DNA of 64,000 nt from Clostridiales bacterium UBA1701 (GTDB lineage Bacteria; Bacillota; Clostridia; Oscillospirales; Oscillospiraceae). Positions within the stretch are counted from its first letter, which is position 1; the number at the start of each line of letters is the position of its first letter. The translations under genes were made by a program, and so were the position numbers. The stretch spans positions 45,120-109,119 of the forward strand of contig DCJL01000017.1 of NCBI GenBank assembly GCA_002320035.1. The letters run 5' to 3'. A model generated the notes under the pieces. That model had not been told where the DNA came from. It ran no database searches and was given only the letters and a program-made list of their open reading frames with translations. This document shows, one piece after another, positions 22,299 to 30,775 of the stretch.

Positions 22299-22515
22299 TC
22301 TTCACACCTTCTTCCATAACATAATTGATGACATTGACCTTCGGAATCTTGAAAGCGTTTCCGATTTTAACGCCGGAGATATATCCGTTGTTAATCAGGT
22401 CGTATGCCAAGTGTCGGCTTACACCGAGCATTTGTTGAAGCTGAGCTACCGTAACGATGTCCGGATAGTCCGGAAACATCATCTTGTAAAGCTCTTTCAA
22501 TTCTGTTTTTCTCAT
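22288..22515 (-). CDS. Excisionase-type helix-turn-helix protein
   Basis: 75 aa with IVTVAQLQQMLGVSRHLAYDLINNGYISGVKIGNAFKIPK (MerR/Xis HTH_17 pattern). Confidence 0.7.
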   Translation of the reverse strand: MRKTELKELYKMMFPDYPDIVTVAQLQQMLGVSRHLAYDLINNGYISGVKIGNAFKIPKVNVINYVMEEGVKNAS

Positions 22516-22769
22516 CTTCTTAACCTCCTTTGTGAGAAAAAAGCTGTACGGTATGTACAGCTATGTACGAGACAACAGATAGAATGGAGGGTTCTTTCTG
22601 TTGCCTTTTCGCCGTTTTACCCGAATGTCGTTTTTGTTATCCCTGCCCCTGCCAAGCGGCGTTGCCCTGCTCGTATCATCGCAAAGTCATATCCCATTCA
22701 GACGGTCATTTAGTTTTAGAAAATTAAATTTAGCACAATTTAGATTTGCAAATTTATTATAGCTGTGTA

Positions 22770-22798
22770 TTGACACGAAGGCAATGCTTTTGTATAAT
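22770..22798 (+). promoter_or_regulatory. Consensus sigma-70 promoter for the only + strand gene of the element
   Basis: TTGACA, a 17-nt spacer, then TATAAT (exact consensus), about 70 nt before the ATG at 22868. Confidence 0.75.
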
Positions 22799-22867
22799 GT
22801 TATTTGTAGTGATATGGATTTGCTAATTATTTAAAAATTCTCATTTTCTAAAACGGAGGTCTTAGCA

Positions 22868-24295
22868 ATGAGCGAAAACCTACTCCAAACAGAAGATAAA
22901 TACAGTGACGTGTCCTTTGGATTTGCTCCAAACAGATGGCACGTAACGAACGACGAAAAATCTTGTGTACTTTCCGTGAACGACGAATACAACTATTCAA
23001 AACTTCTTGAGTTGTATAACGCTATCGAAGTTGATAAACGAGAAACGATTGCTTGGGCTGTTATCGGCAAAAAAGAATTTGTTTTGTCGGACGGTGAACT
23101 TGCTCAAATTAAGCAGGATACTGCCGATACGCTCGCTTGTTTGCAAGCTGTTACGCAAAAAATAAATTCTGCATTTGACTTTCTTCCTATGGGCGACAGC
23201 AGAGCTTATATCTCACCGATGAACACCGCTTCTGTCTTTTTTTCACCGGGCGAAGGAATTTTGAATTTTCTCTATGCTGATTTTGACTCGGCGTATAATG
23301 AATGCCTGAATCGCACAAAAAAAGACTTGCCTGATGAGACAAGTCTTGATATTTCTTTACTGACCGAAAAAGAAAAGAAATTGTATTATTATTTGGCTTT
23401 AACCGAAACGCAAAAACGCTTTAAGCCATTGATAGAAGCTTCGCTGTTTACAGCGGAATTTCCGCCGATTCTGCTTCATTGCTCAAAGCAGGAGTTGACG
23501 GACTATTATCACTATCTTAAAGAAATGCAAAATAATCTATTGCATTTAATCGAGGCGACATTTGACGAGAATTTTTGCAACGGATTTTTTAATCATCTAA
23601 CCCATAAAACGAGATTTGCAGGCTACTGCCGTAAGCACGGATTGCCGACAGAGCAAAAGCGAACGATTGTGCATAGTATCAGCATCATTGATGCTGAACA
23701 TCAGATAGAAAATGTGCTTGACGGCTATATCGAAAGTGATTTTGATTTGGATATCAAGATGGCTGCCGCTTCGGAGGTTTCTCCGAGTGTTCAAAAGAAT
23801 TTGGATAAGCTCGGTTTTACTATGCCGGAAATGATTGCCCTGTCTGCAATGCAAGCCGACGAGTACGAAACCTGTATTTGTGAAAGTATTGAACAGCAAA
23901 TTGAGTTTGAACTGATACAGTTGTTGAAGTCCGACATCGGAATGCGTAAATGCAAACGCTGCGGTAAGTATTTCATTATGAAGGGCAACTACGACACCAA
24001 TTACTGCGACCGCATTGCCGAGGGCGAAACCCGCAACTGCCAGGACTTAGCCGCACAAGAAAACTATAAAAAGAAAATGGCGGACAATGCCGCCATTCCC
24101 TTGTATCAAAAGTATTACAAGCGTTATGCTGCCCGTGTGCGTGTAAGGCAGATTAAAGAGCCCGATTTCAAGAAATGGAAATATCAAGCGATGACAAAGC
24201 GCGACGAATGCTCCGACGGCAAAATTACCCTTGCGGAGTTTGAAGCATGGCTTGAGGGCAGCTTCCCGAATAGGAAGAAGAAACGTAAGGCTTAA
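22868..24295 (+). CDS. Hypothetical protein with a Cys-rich C-terminal region
   Basis: 475 aa with RBS GGAGG. CKRCGKYF...YCDR...NCQ cluster near the C-terminus. I recognise no catalytic motif. Confidence 0.6.
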   Translation: MSENLLQTEDKYSDVSFGFAPNRWHVTNDEKSCVLSVNDEYNYSKLLELYNAIEVDKRETIAWAVIGKKEFVLSDGELAQIKQDTADTLACLQAVTQKINSAFDFLPMGDSRAYISPMNTASVFFSPGEGILNFLYADFDSAYNECLNRTKKDLPDETSLDISLLTEKEKKLYYYLALTETQKRFKPLIEASLFTAEFPPILLHCSKQELTDYYHYLKEMQNNLLHLIEATFDENFCNGFFNHLTHKTRFAGYCRKHGLPTEQKRTIVHSISIIDAEHQIENVLDGYIESDFDLDIKMAAASEVSPSVQKNLDKLGFTMPEMIALSAMQADEYETCICESIEQQIEFELIQLLKSDIGMRKCKRCGKYFIMKGNYDTNYCDRIAEGETRNCQDLAAQENYKKKMADNAAIPLYQKYYKRYAARVRVRQIKEPDFKKWKYQAMTKRDECSDGKITLAEFEAWLEGSFPNRKKKRKA

Positions 24296-24498
24296 ATTTG
24301 TAAATCTCAGCTGAAATCATCTAGGATTTTATGACGTTCACGCTATGTTGATAAAAGATCATATACTATTTTTATCGGACTCAATACAAACCATAACACA
24401 TCGGCGGAAAAAGCATAAAACTGTTGCGATGCATAAGAAAATGCATCTTAATACATACCTTTTCATATATTGCTAGAATTACAGTCGTTCTGCATTTT

Positions 24499-25563
24499 TC
24501 AATCATCAATACCATATCTACGTCGAAGTTTGCGAAGTGCCTTAGCTTCAATCTGACGAACACGCTCTCTTGTAACACAGAATTTTTGACCGATTTCGTC
24601 AAGCGTATATTCATGGTCATAACCAATACCATGGCGAAGACGAAGCACCTCTTGTTCACGGTATGTAAGTTTTGATAGTTTTATTTGGAGGTCATCTGTG
24701 TCAAAGTGCCTATCAACTAACGAAATCATATTTTCATACCCGATACCATCATCTGAGAACAACAACTCATTCTCTTCATTTTCCGACAATTCTTCAATGC
24801 TTTCATAAGGAGCAAGATAGTCAAATAACCGCCTCGCCTCAACTAAAGTACATTCAAGCTCGGTTGCGATGCTCTGCAAAAGTTCAATACCCGGCTCTGT
24901 TCTGTCTTCAATATCGCCGAAATAATCTTCCATATTATCATAGATAGCGAAAAGCTTGTCTTTAATATGAATCGGAAAATAAACTGACGGATTAAGCGTT
25001 GGAGCATCTCTCATTATGTACTGTCTTACCCATAGTGGAAAGTATGATGCGAAGTTTTCCTGACGGGCAGTTTCGTATTTATCTATCGATACATGAAGAC
25101 CCAGCATAGCGTTCTGAATAGTTTCATCCAAGGGAAGATGATATCTTTTTGCGTGTACTAATGCGATTCTCACAGCCACCTTCATATACATCTCAAAAAT
25201 ACGGTTCCGAGCATATGCATTTTTGAGTTTCACCTGCGGCATCAGATTCATCCACTCTCTGTGCTGTGGCGGTTTTATTCCACGAATGTATTCAATGAAG
25301 TCCGTGAAGGTATCATCTATCTCCAAAACCTCTGAAAACACTTCTTCGTAATCAACATTGCTTCTGTCGTACTCGTCCTCTTCATCATCGGTCAAGGCAT
25401 CATCGCGAATAATGACACCTTTCGACAACAGATGATCACAGATATACTCTACATCGAATAACGAAATTCCATTCTCTTCAAGTACATCAAAGATATGATC
25501 TTCGGAGATAAAACCGTGCACGGTATATTCCTGATATAATTTTTCAATGATTCCCTCGTGCAC
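24499..25563 (-). CDS. Sigma-70 family RNA polymerase sigma factor, full-length RpoD-like architecture
   Basis: An acidic N-terminal linker, region 2 (FASYFPLWVRQYIMRD) and region 4.2 (YTLDEIGQKFCVTRERVRQIEAKALRKLRR). The GTG start lies 29 nt after the preceding gene. Confidence 0.85.
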   Translation of the reverse strand: MHEGIIEKLYQEYTVHGFISEDHIFDVLEENGISLFDVEYICDHLLSKGVIIRDDALTDDEEDEYDRSNVDYEEVFSEVLEIDDTFTDFIEYIRGIKPPQHREWMNLMPQVKLKNAYARNRIFEMYMKVAVRIALVHAKRYHLPLDETIQNAMLGLHVSIDKYETARQENFASYFPLWVRQYIMRDAPTLNPSVYFPIHIKDKLFAIYDNMEDYFGDIEDRTEPGIELLQSIATELECTLVEARRLFDYLAPYESIEELSENEENELLFSDDGIGYENMISLVDRHFDTDDLQIKLSKLTYREQEVLRLRHGIGYDHEYTLDEIGQKFCVTRERVRQIEAKALRKLRRRYGIDD

Positions 25564-25592
25564 GGTTTCACCCCCTTTTGTACCTCATGTGA

Positions 25593-26126
25593 TTAATTCT
25601 TTGCTAACTGGCACAGATCGACAATGCTCTCGGTTGTAACCGACTCGTTGTACCTCTCATCAAACTCTTCCATAAAGTCGTAGAGATTTGTCAAATAATC
25701 TTCAGCACTTCTTGCAGGTTCAATCAATTTTTCAAAAAGCACCTCAACACCGCCTCTAACATAGTTTTCGTAGAGTTCTTCGTCCGGTGCTGCCTTTTCT
25801 TGTCCGTAATAACGGAAGGCCTTGTTGATTCGCTCGTTAAAATCAGGTTCGTTCTTTTCGTCAAGCAACATAATCAATCGATAGTTAAAAACCAGGTTCT
25901 GCTGCTCTTTTATAAGCTTGTCCGGGAATATCTTAGTTGCATCTCCGGTCTTATCAAGCTCTGCTTTTCTCTGATATAAAAAGCCGATAATAGGAGCAAT
26001 CGCATAAACATCATAGTTGGTATTGAAGAGCTTATGATGCTTATCGTCATATTCCGCCGTAAGTTTCACAACATATTCAGCGTGTTTTCCTCTAAAAGAA
26101 TATTCTTTATCAAACATCATTCTCAC
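25593..26126 (-). CDS. Small protein of the restriction module (possibly the 'Dnd/Ssp-associated protein 4' or SspF class; unverified)
   Basis: 177 aa. Its start overlaps the ATPase stop by 4 nt (ATGA). I recognise no catalytic motif. Confidence 0.5.
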   Translation of the reverse strand: MRMMFDKEYSFRGKHAEYVVKLTAEYDDKHHKLFNTNYDVYAIAPIIGFLYQRKAELDKTGDATKIFPDKLIKEQQNLVFNYRLIMLLDEKNEPDFNERINKAFRYYGQEKAAPDEELYENYVRGGVEVLFEKLIEPARSAEDYLTNLYDFMEEFDERYNESVTTESIVDLCQLAKN

Positions 26127-28108
26127 CTCGTAACCAAATTAGTTTCAAATTCGTTCTTCTTATCAAATTCAAAACGGCTGCCAACCTTATCGCCCATATA
26201 GGTTTCTGCTAGTTCACCGTCAGTATCCTTAATGAAAATGATAACCTGCTCTGCAACCTTGGGAAGCGCATCACAAACAGTACGGATACGGGTCTTATCG
26301 AATGCAGAAAGCGGAGCATCCATCACAAGTGGATAAGGCTCGGACACAAGCATTTCATTTTCGGGATTCTGACTCTGACGAGCCATTTTGATAACACCGG
26401 CAATAAATGCAAAGATAACCGAAATACTCTGAGCTGTAGAGGTCTCAACATCCTCATTAATACCTTCAAACTCATTGACAATAACCTGAATGTTGTACTT
26501 CTCATCAATACTGAGAGAAAAACCACCGTTATAAATGCTCTTGAAGATTTCATTGACAGTTTGCTCAAGTTGCTGCCTGGTTTCGGTTTCCTTTTCCTGA
26601 TAGAGAGAAAGCAGCGTAGCGTACATATACTGAGCATATGCCTTATAAACTTCAATCTTTCGATTGTTCTCATCCTTCAATGAGAGTTCCTTACGCTCAG
26701 TTTCTCTGCGTTCTTTATCTCTTTCAAGCAGAGCCTGATTACGGTCAAGGTCTCGTCTTTCAACAGAAAGATTGCGAAGTGCTCTTTCATAGGTGCTTAA
26801 ACGCGCCTGTAACTCGCCAACATTTTTCATCTTTTCGAGTTTCTCTCGAATAATGTTGATTTGATTCTGGTATCCGGTGTATGTATTATCAAACTCTCTG
26901 ATGAAGCCAAACTTAGTAGAAATATCCTCAAAGAGTGTATCAGAACTCTTGCACCTTAGTTCGCACTCACGAACAAACTGACCGATTGATGTGCCGATAG
27001 ACTGCGGCGGAATAAACTCAAGCAGGTCATTTAATTCCTTGTATGCTTCATTACCGAATTCAATATCGGCACCGCAAATGCACTTTTTACGCTTAATAAG
27101 AAATTCAATAGTCTTAGCATGGATATAAGGAATACCTGTGTCAATCTTATCTGCAGCAGCAAGTTGAGAAAGAGCGTCGCTCATCATCTTCTTGGCAAAA
27201 TAAGAATGCGCATTATTGTTAAACACTTTTAGCAGTGAATCCTCACTGGAAGCTTTTTTTGCAACCAGTTCTTTTATCTTACGAACAAGCTCATCACGTT
27301 CTTTTGCAAGAATCTCACTATCTTTGTTTAGACGAATTTCTTCCTCAAGCTCTGCCTTCTTATCTGTAGCAATAGCTTCTTCGCCGTCAATAGCAGCAAG
27401 TCTTTCTTCAATGGCACGAAGTTTTTCTTCGTACTCTTCAATTTCCTTGGTATACTGAGCTATCTTACTGTCACTCTTAGTGTCATAACTCTCGTTGTAC
27501 ATCTTGATAACCGAGTTACGGCCACCAAGATGGTCAAGCGCAGATTGAAACGCACTAAGACCGAGAAGACTGCGAACTGCTTGGGCAAATTCAGCACTCT
27601 TGCCTTTACGGATTTCCTTACTCATATTGCCTATTCGCTCACCGTCAAAGAAGAAATACTTTGAAAGTTCTTTAGGAAGAATTTCCTTCATACGTAGTTC
27701 CGTTTCCCCATCGGGAACATACTCACGTTGACCGTCAGCGTTCTTGTAAGCAATTTTGAAGGTGGTCTGGTTATGTCTTCTGATAGAACCGGAATTATCC
27801 TTTGAATAAAGCTGCTCACGGATACAAAGATATTCGATATTATTGTGTTGAAGTGCCAACTCTACACGGACCTTCTCCTCGTTTCCCGGTAGCATCGATT
27901 GTGCAGTTGCCTTGCATAGCATAGACTTGTCATCGAAGTCAGTGTCCCCATAAAGGCACCAGGTAAATGCTTGAGCAAGAGTAGTTTTACCGGAGCCGTT
28001 TTCACCCATAATTACGGTTACATTACGAACCGGATCGGTTGAGAAGGTAATCTCCTGTTCACCTTTGAATTGGCGGAAGTCCTTCAGCTTTAACGATTTT
28101 AATAGCAT
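26123..28108 (-). CDS. SMC/Rad50/DndD-like ABC ATPase with a long coiled-coil insert
   Basis: LKDFRQFKGEQEITF...GENGSGKTTL (Walker A), about 350 aa of heptad-rich E/K/L sequence, then C-terminal LVMDAPLSAFD (Walker B). Confidence 0.8.
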   Translation of the reverse strand: MLLKSLKLKDFRQFKGEQEITFSTDPVRNVTVIMGENGSGKTTLAQAFTWCLYGDTDFDDKSMLCKATAQSMLPGNEEKVRVELALQHNNIEYLCIREQLYSKDNSGSIRRHNQTTFKIAYKNADGQREYVPDGETELRMKEILPKELSKYFFFDGERIGNMSKEIRKGKSAEFAQAVRSLLGLSAFQSALDHLGGRNSVIKMYNESYDTKSDSKIAQYTKEIEEYEEKLRAIEERLAAIDGEEAIATDKKAELEEEIRLNKDSEILAKERDELVRKIKELVAKKASSEDSLLKVFNNNAHSYFAKKMMSDALSQLAAADKIDTGIPYIHAKTIEFLIKRKKCICGADIEFGNEAYKELNDLLEFIPPQSIGTSIGQFVRECELRCKSSDTLFEDISTKFGFIREFDNTYTGYQNQINIIREKLEKMKNVGELQARLSTYERALRNLSVERRDLDRNQALLERDKERRETERKELSLKDENNRKIEVYKAYAQYMYATLLSLYQEKETETRQQLEQTVNEIFKSIYNGGFSLSIDEKYNIQVIVNEFEGINEDVETSTAQSISVIFAFIAGVIKMARQSQNPENEMLVSEPYPLVMDAPLSAFDKTRIRTVCDALPKVAEQVIIFIKDTDGELAETYMGDKVGSRFEFDKKNEFETNLVTR

Positions 28109-28281
28109 TGTACTTCCTCCTCAATCATCTTTTTTATTTTCTTTGCCATCTCAGTATCATTGAACTGCTTTGTCTTGATATTCGTTTTTTCACGAACGAT
28201 TATGCGTTGCAGCATACGCTGTGCCTTTTGAACATCTATTTCAACACCGTTCACTTCCATTTTTTCAGAAGCCATAGCCAT
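28099..28281 (-). CDS. 60-aa hypothetical protein overlapping both neighbours
   Basis: It overlaps the helicase stop by 17 nt and the ATPase start by 10 nt. The sequence is charged and helical-looking. Confidence 0.45.
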   Translation of the reverse strand: MAMASEKMEVNGVEIDVQKAQRMLQRIIVREKTNIKTKQFNDTEMAKKIKKMIEEEVQCY

Positions 28282-30472
28282 AATCCTCCTCTTCGTTATT
28301 CCAATTTAATTCTTGTATTCCATATGCATCCTTAATCTCATCAATGAGACTTGCAGATTCAACCATATTTACAGCAATTCGAGAAAACTCCTCAGCTCTC
28401 CTCAATTCATTTTTTACAAGTGTTGAATTCCGTTTGACCTGCGTCTCTGTCAGCGAGGTTACCGACTCGGTATCGTATGGCAAGGTGATGAAATCATAAA
28501 TTTCCGCATATTCCTTACCCTCTGCAAGTCTCAGCACACGCCCGCGTCTTTGGATATACTCCTTAGGGTTGGTCGTACTTGCTAAAATGAACGCCGTTTT
28601 TATCTTCGGTATGTTGACACCTTCATCAAGACATTTAATGGCGATAAGAACCTTCAATGTATCACCGGCAGAGAATTCCCGTTTGAGAACCTCACGCTCT
28701 TCAACACTTTCCTTTGATGTAAACTGTGACACTTCCATACCGAGCTTGTTGCCAAGCAGGTCTGTTACTGCATCAATCTGTCTGATATCCTCACTGTCAA
28801 TATCAGTACGGTCTTGATTTTGCTCAAGTCCTTTAGTCGCACCGCAATAAACAAGAATGTGTTTATCGTGAATATATGGCTGAATAACCTCTTCGAGCAT
28901 TGTCAACTTATTCTTGGCACCGGCAACAATTCGAGAACGCTTAAGTGCAAGTTTTTCTCCCCGGCTGCTTAACTTTATCTTACCGTTTTTACCTTTCATA
29001 ATACACTTTCCGATTTCATAACTGAGATTATCGTATGCCTCAAGTTCTTCCTCGGTAAGTGTAACAACGATGGGATAGTATTTATACTTAGTTAGTTTCT
29101 TCTCTTCAATTGCTCGGTCAAGAGTATATTCAATACACTTTTCGCCAAAGAAATCGTAAAGTTTAGCTGTTCCTTCCTCGTCATTATGCCGGTCGAGGGT
29201 TGCTGACAATGCCAAACGATATTTGTAATTATCATAGAGCAGACAACTTAAGTACGGCGCACCGAAATTGTGTGCTTCGTCTACCATTAAGAGTGTGTCT
29301 GATTTTATCTTTGCTAACTGGCTTTGAACATAATCGGAACTGAAGGTTGCATTAGTACAGATAAAGCAGAAGAATTCTTTTCCTCTTACCTTTAACTTTT
29401 GGTCTCGGATCGCATCCTTCAAGCGCTTTGGCCAATCCTTTTGCGAGGAATCACTATATCCGATTATCGGGTCAATGTTAAACTTTAAAATATCTTCTAC
29501 CCACTGCTCAACAAGGTGCTGATAAGGACAGACGATAATTGCAGCCAACTTATGTTCTATATTCTTGCTCAGGGTTGTCAGGGCACCAAGTCCCGTGTAT
29601 GTCTTACCGGTACCGGTAGCCATATCAAAGATTCCTCTGTAATTGCGTTTCTGCCATTCAGTAATTGCTTCATCCTGATAGTCGTGAAGCTTAAACCACT
29701 CAGGAAACTTTGGACCATATTCAGTATAAACACCTAAATCTGTATGTAAAACTGTATCGATGTCAGGTGCGTATTCCTTTTTATCAATCTCAAAGTCCGG
29801 TACAGAGCGTTTATACTTTTCAATGATTTCTTGCTTCAATTCGGGAAAATCGATTATCTTGATATTCGGCTCGGTATCATTCCAAATAGACGCAAAGGCA
29901 TTTTCTTTTGCAACTACACGGTCATCTTCGCCCTTCCAAGAGCAAAATACGTCAATAGTCTCATAATTCAATGTCATCGCAGTGGCAGACTCATTCATGG
30001 ATCCTGCAAAAGCTACCCTATTACCTTCTGCATCGGTGATAATGCCCATCTTTTCGTGGTACATTCCCATACGGTCAGAGTCCTCAGTGAAGGCAATCTT
30101 AATATCCAAAACACCGTCTGAAATAAGATTCGCCAACAGGTTGAGCCGCGCCTTTTCAAAAGGCGTCTTTCCTTCTGTCATTTCTCTGCGGATTGCCTCT
30201 TTTACAACCTGGTCTCTCATGGCATAACCACTTTTAATTGCTTCGACATCCTCATCAGAAAGATAAGGAGAAGCTACCAACTGGATTTTACCGCCATTCT
30301 TTGCAAGTTCAGAGATACCTTTCGATATCTCTACCAAAGAAGAAGACGAGAAAAAGCCAACTGCTCTTTGATATTTTACGGCTTGGCTAAGTAATGGAAT
30401 ATAAAAGTCCTTTGCGACACTGTCAAGCAGAGAACGATATTCTTTTTTTATATCGAGTTCTTGAAAACTCAC
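28265..30472 (-). CDS. PLD-family nuclease fused to an SF2 (ResIII/DEAH) helicase; likely the phosphorothioation-linked restriction enzyme (SspH-like)
   Basis: The N-terminal HxK motif (MYHEKMGIITD), helicase motif I (MATGTGKTYTG), motif II (MVDEAHNF) and motif VI (QRRGRVLR). Confidence 0.8.
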   Translation of the reverse strand: MSFQELDIKKEYRSLLDSVAKDFYIPLLSQAVKYQRAVGFFSSSSLVEISKGISELAKNGGKIQLVASPYLSDEDVEAIKSGYAMRDQVVKEAIRREMTEGKTPFEKARLNLLANLISDGVLDIKIAFTEDSDRMGMYHEKMGIITDAEGNRVAFAGSMNESATAMTLNYETIDVFCSWKGEDDRVVAKENAFASIWNDTEPNIKIIDFPELKQEIIEKYKRSVPDFEIDKKEYAPDIDTVLHTDLGVYTEYGPKFPEWFKLHDYQDEAITEWQKRNYRGIFDMATGTGKTYTGLGALTTLSKNIEHKLAAIIVCPYQHLVEQWVEDILKFNIDPIIGYSDSSQKDWPKRLKDAIRDQKLKVRGKEFFCFICTNATFSSDYVQSQLAKIKSDTLLMVDEAHNFGAPYLSCLLYDNYKYRLALSATLDRHNDEEGTAKLYDFFGEKCIEYTLDRAIEEKKLTKYKYYPIVVTLTEEELEAYDNLSYEIGKCIMKGKNGKIKLSSRGEKLALKRSRIVAGAKNKLTMLEEVIQPYIHDKHILVYCGATKGLEQNQDRTDIDSEDIRQIDAVTDLLGNKLGMEVSQFTSKESVEEREVLKREFSAGDTLKVLIAIKCLDEGVNIPKIKTAFILASTTNPKEYIQRRGRVLRLAEGKEYAEIYDFITLPYDTESVTSLTETQVKRNSTLVKNELRRAEEFSRIAVNMVESASLIDEIKDAYGIQELNWNNEEEDYGYGF

Positions 30473-30533
30473 AGTATCACACCACCTTATACTTGTATTC
30501 AGCTAATGTTGGAAATCTTCTTACGTTTGAAAA

Positions 30534-30767
30534 TTAATAATACTTGCGAAGAGCATTTGAATTGTTACCGTTATGATCGTTAGTTTCCTGCTTTACTCTC
30601 ATAAGAGTATGAAACATTTTTTCGTCATAGGAAACAACGTCATCAAGGTCTACTTCAAGTTTTCTTTCAATTAGTCTTGCCTTACTGAGTCTTGAATCGA
30701 CGGCCTCCATTTTGCTCTTAATTGATTCATCAGACAGCAAGTATTCTTCAAAATCTCTTTCTCTCAT
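30534..30767 (-). CDS. 77-aa hypothetical acidic protein between sspA and the nuclease-helicase
   Basis: It starts 9 nt after the sspA stop. No recognisable motif. Confidence 0.45.
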   Translation of the reverse strand: MRERDFEEYLLSDESIKSKMEAVDSRLSKARLIERKLEVDLDDVVSYDEKMFHTLMRVKQETNDHNGNNSNALRKYY

Positions 30768-30775
30768 ATACTCAC

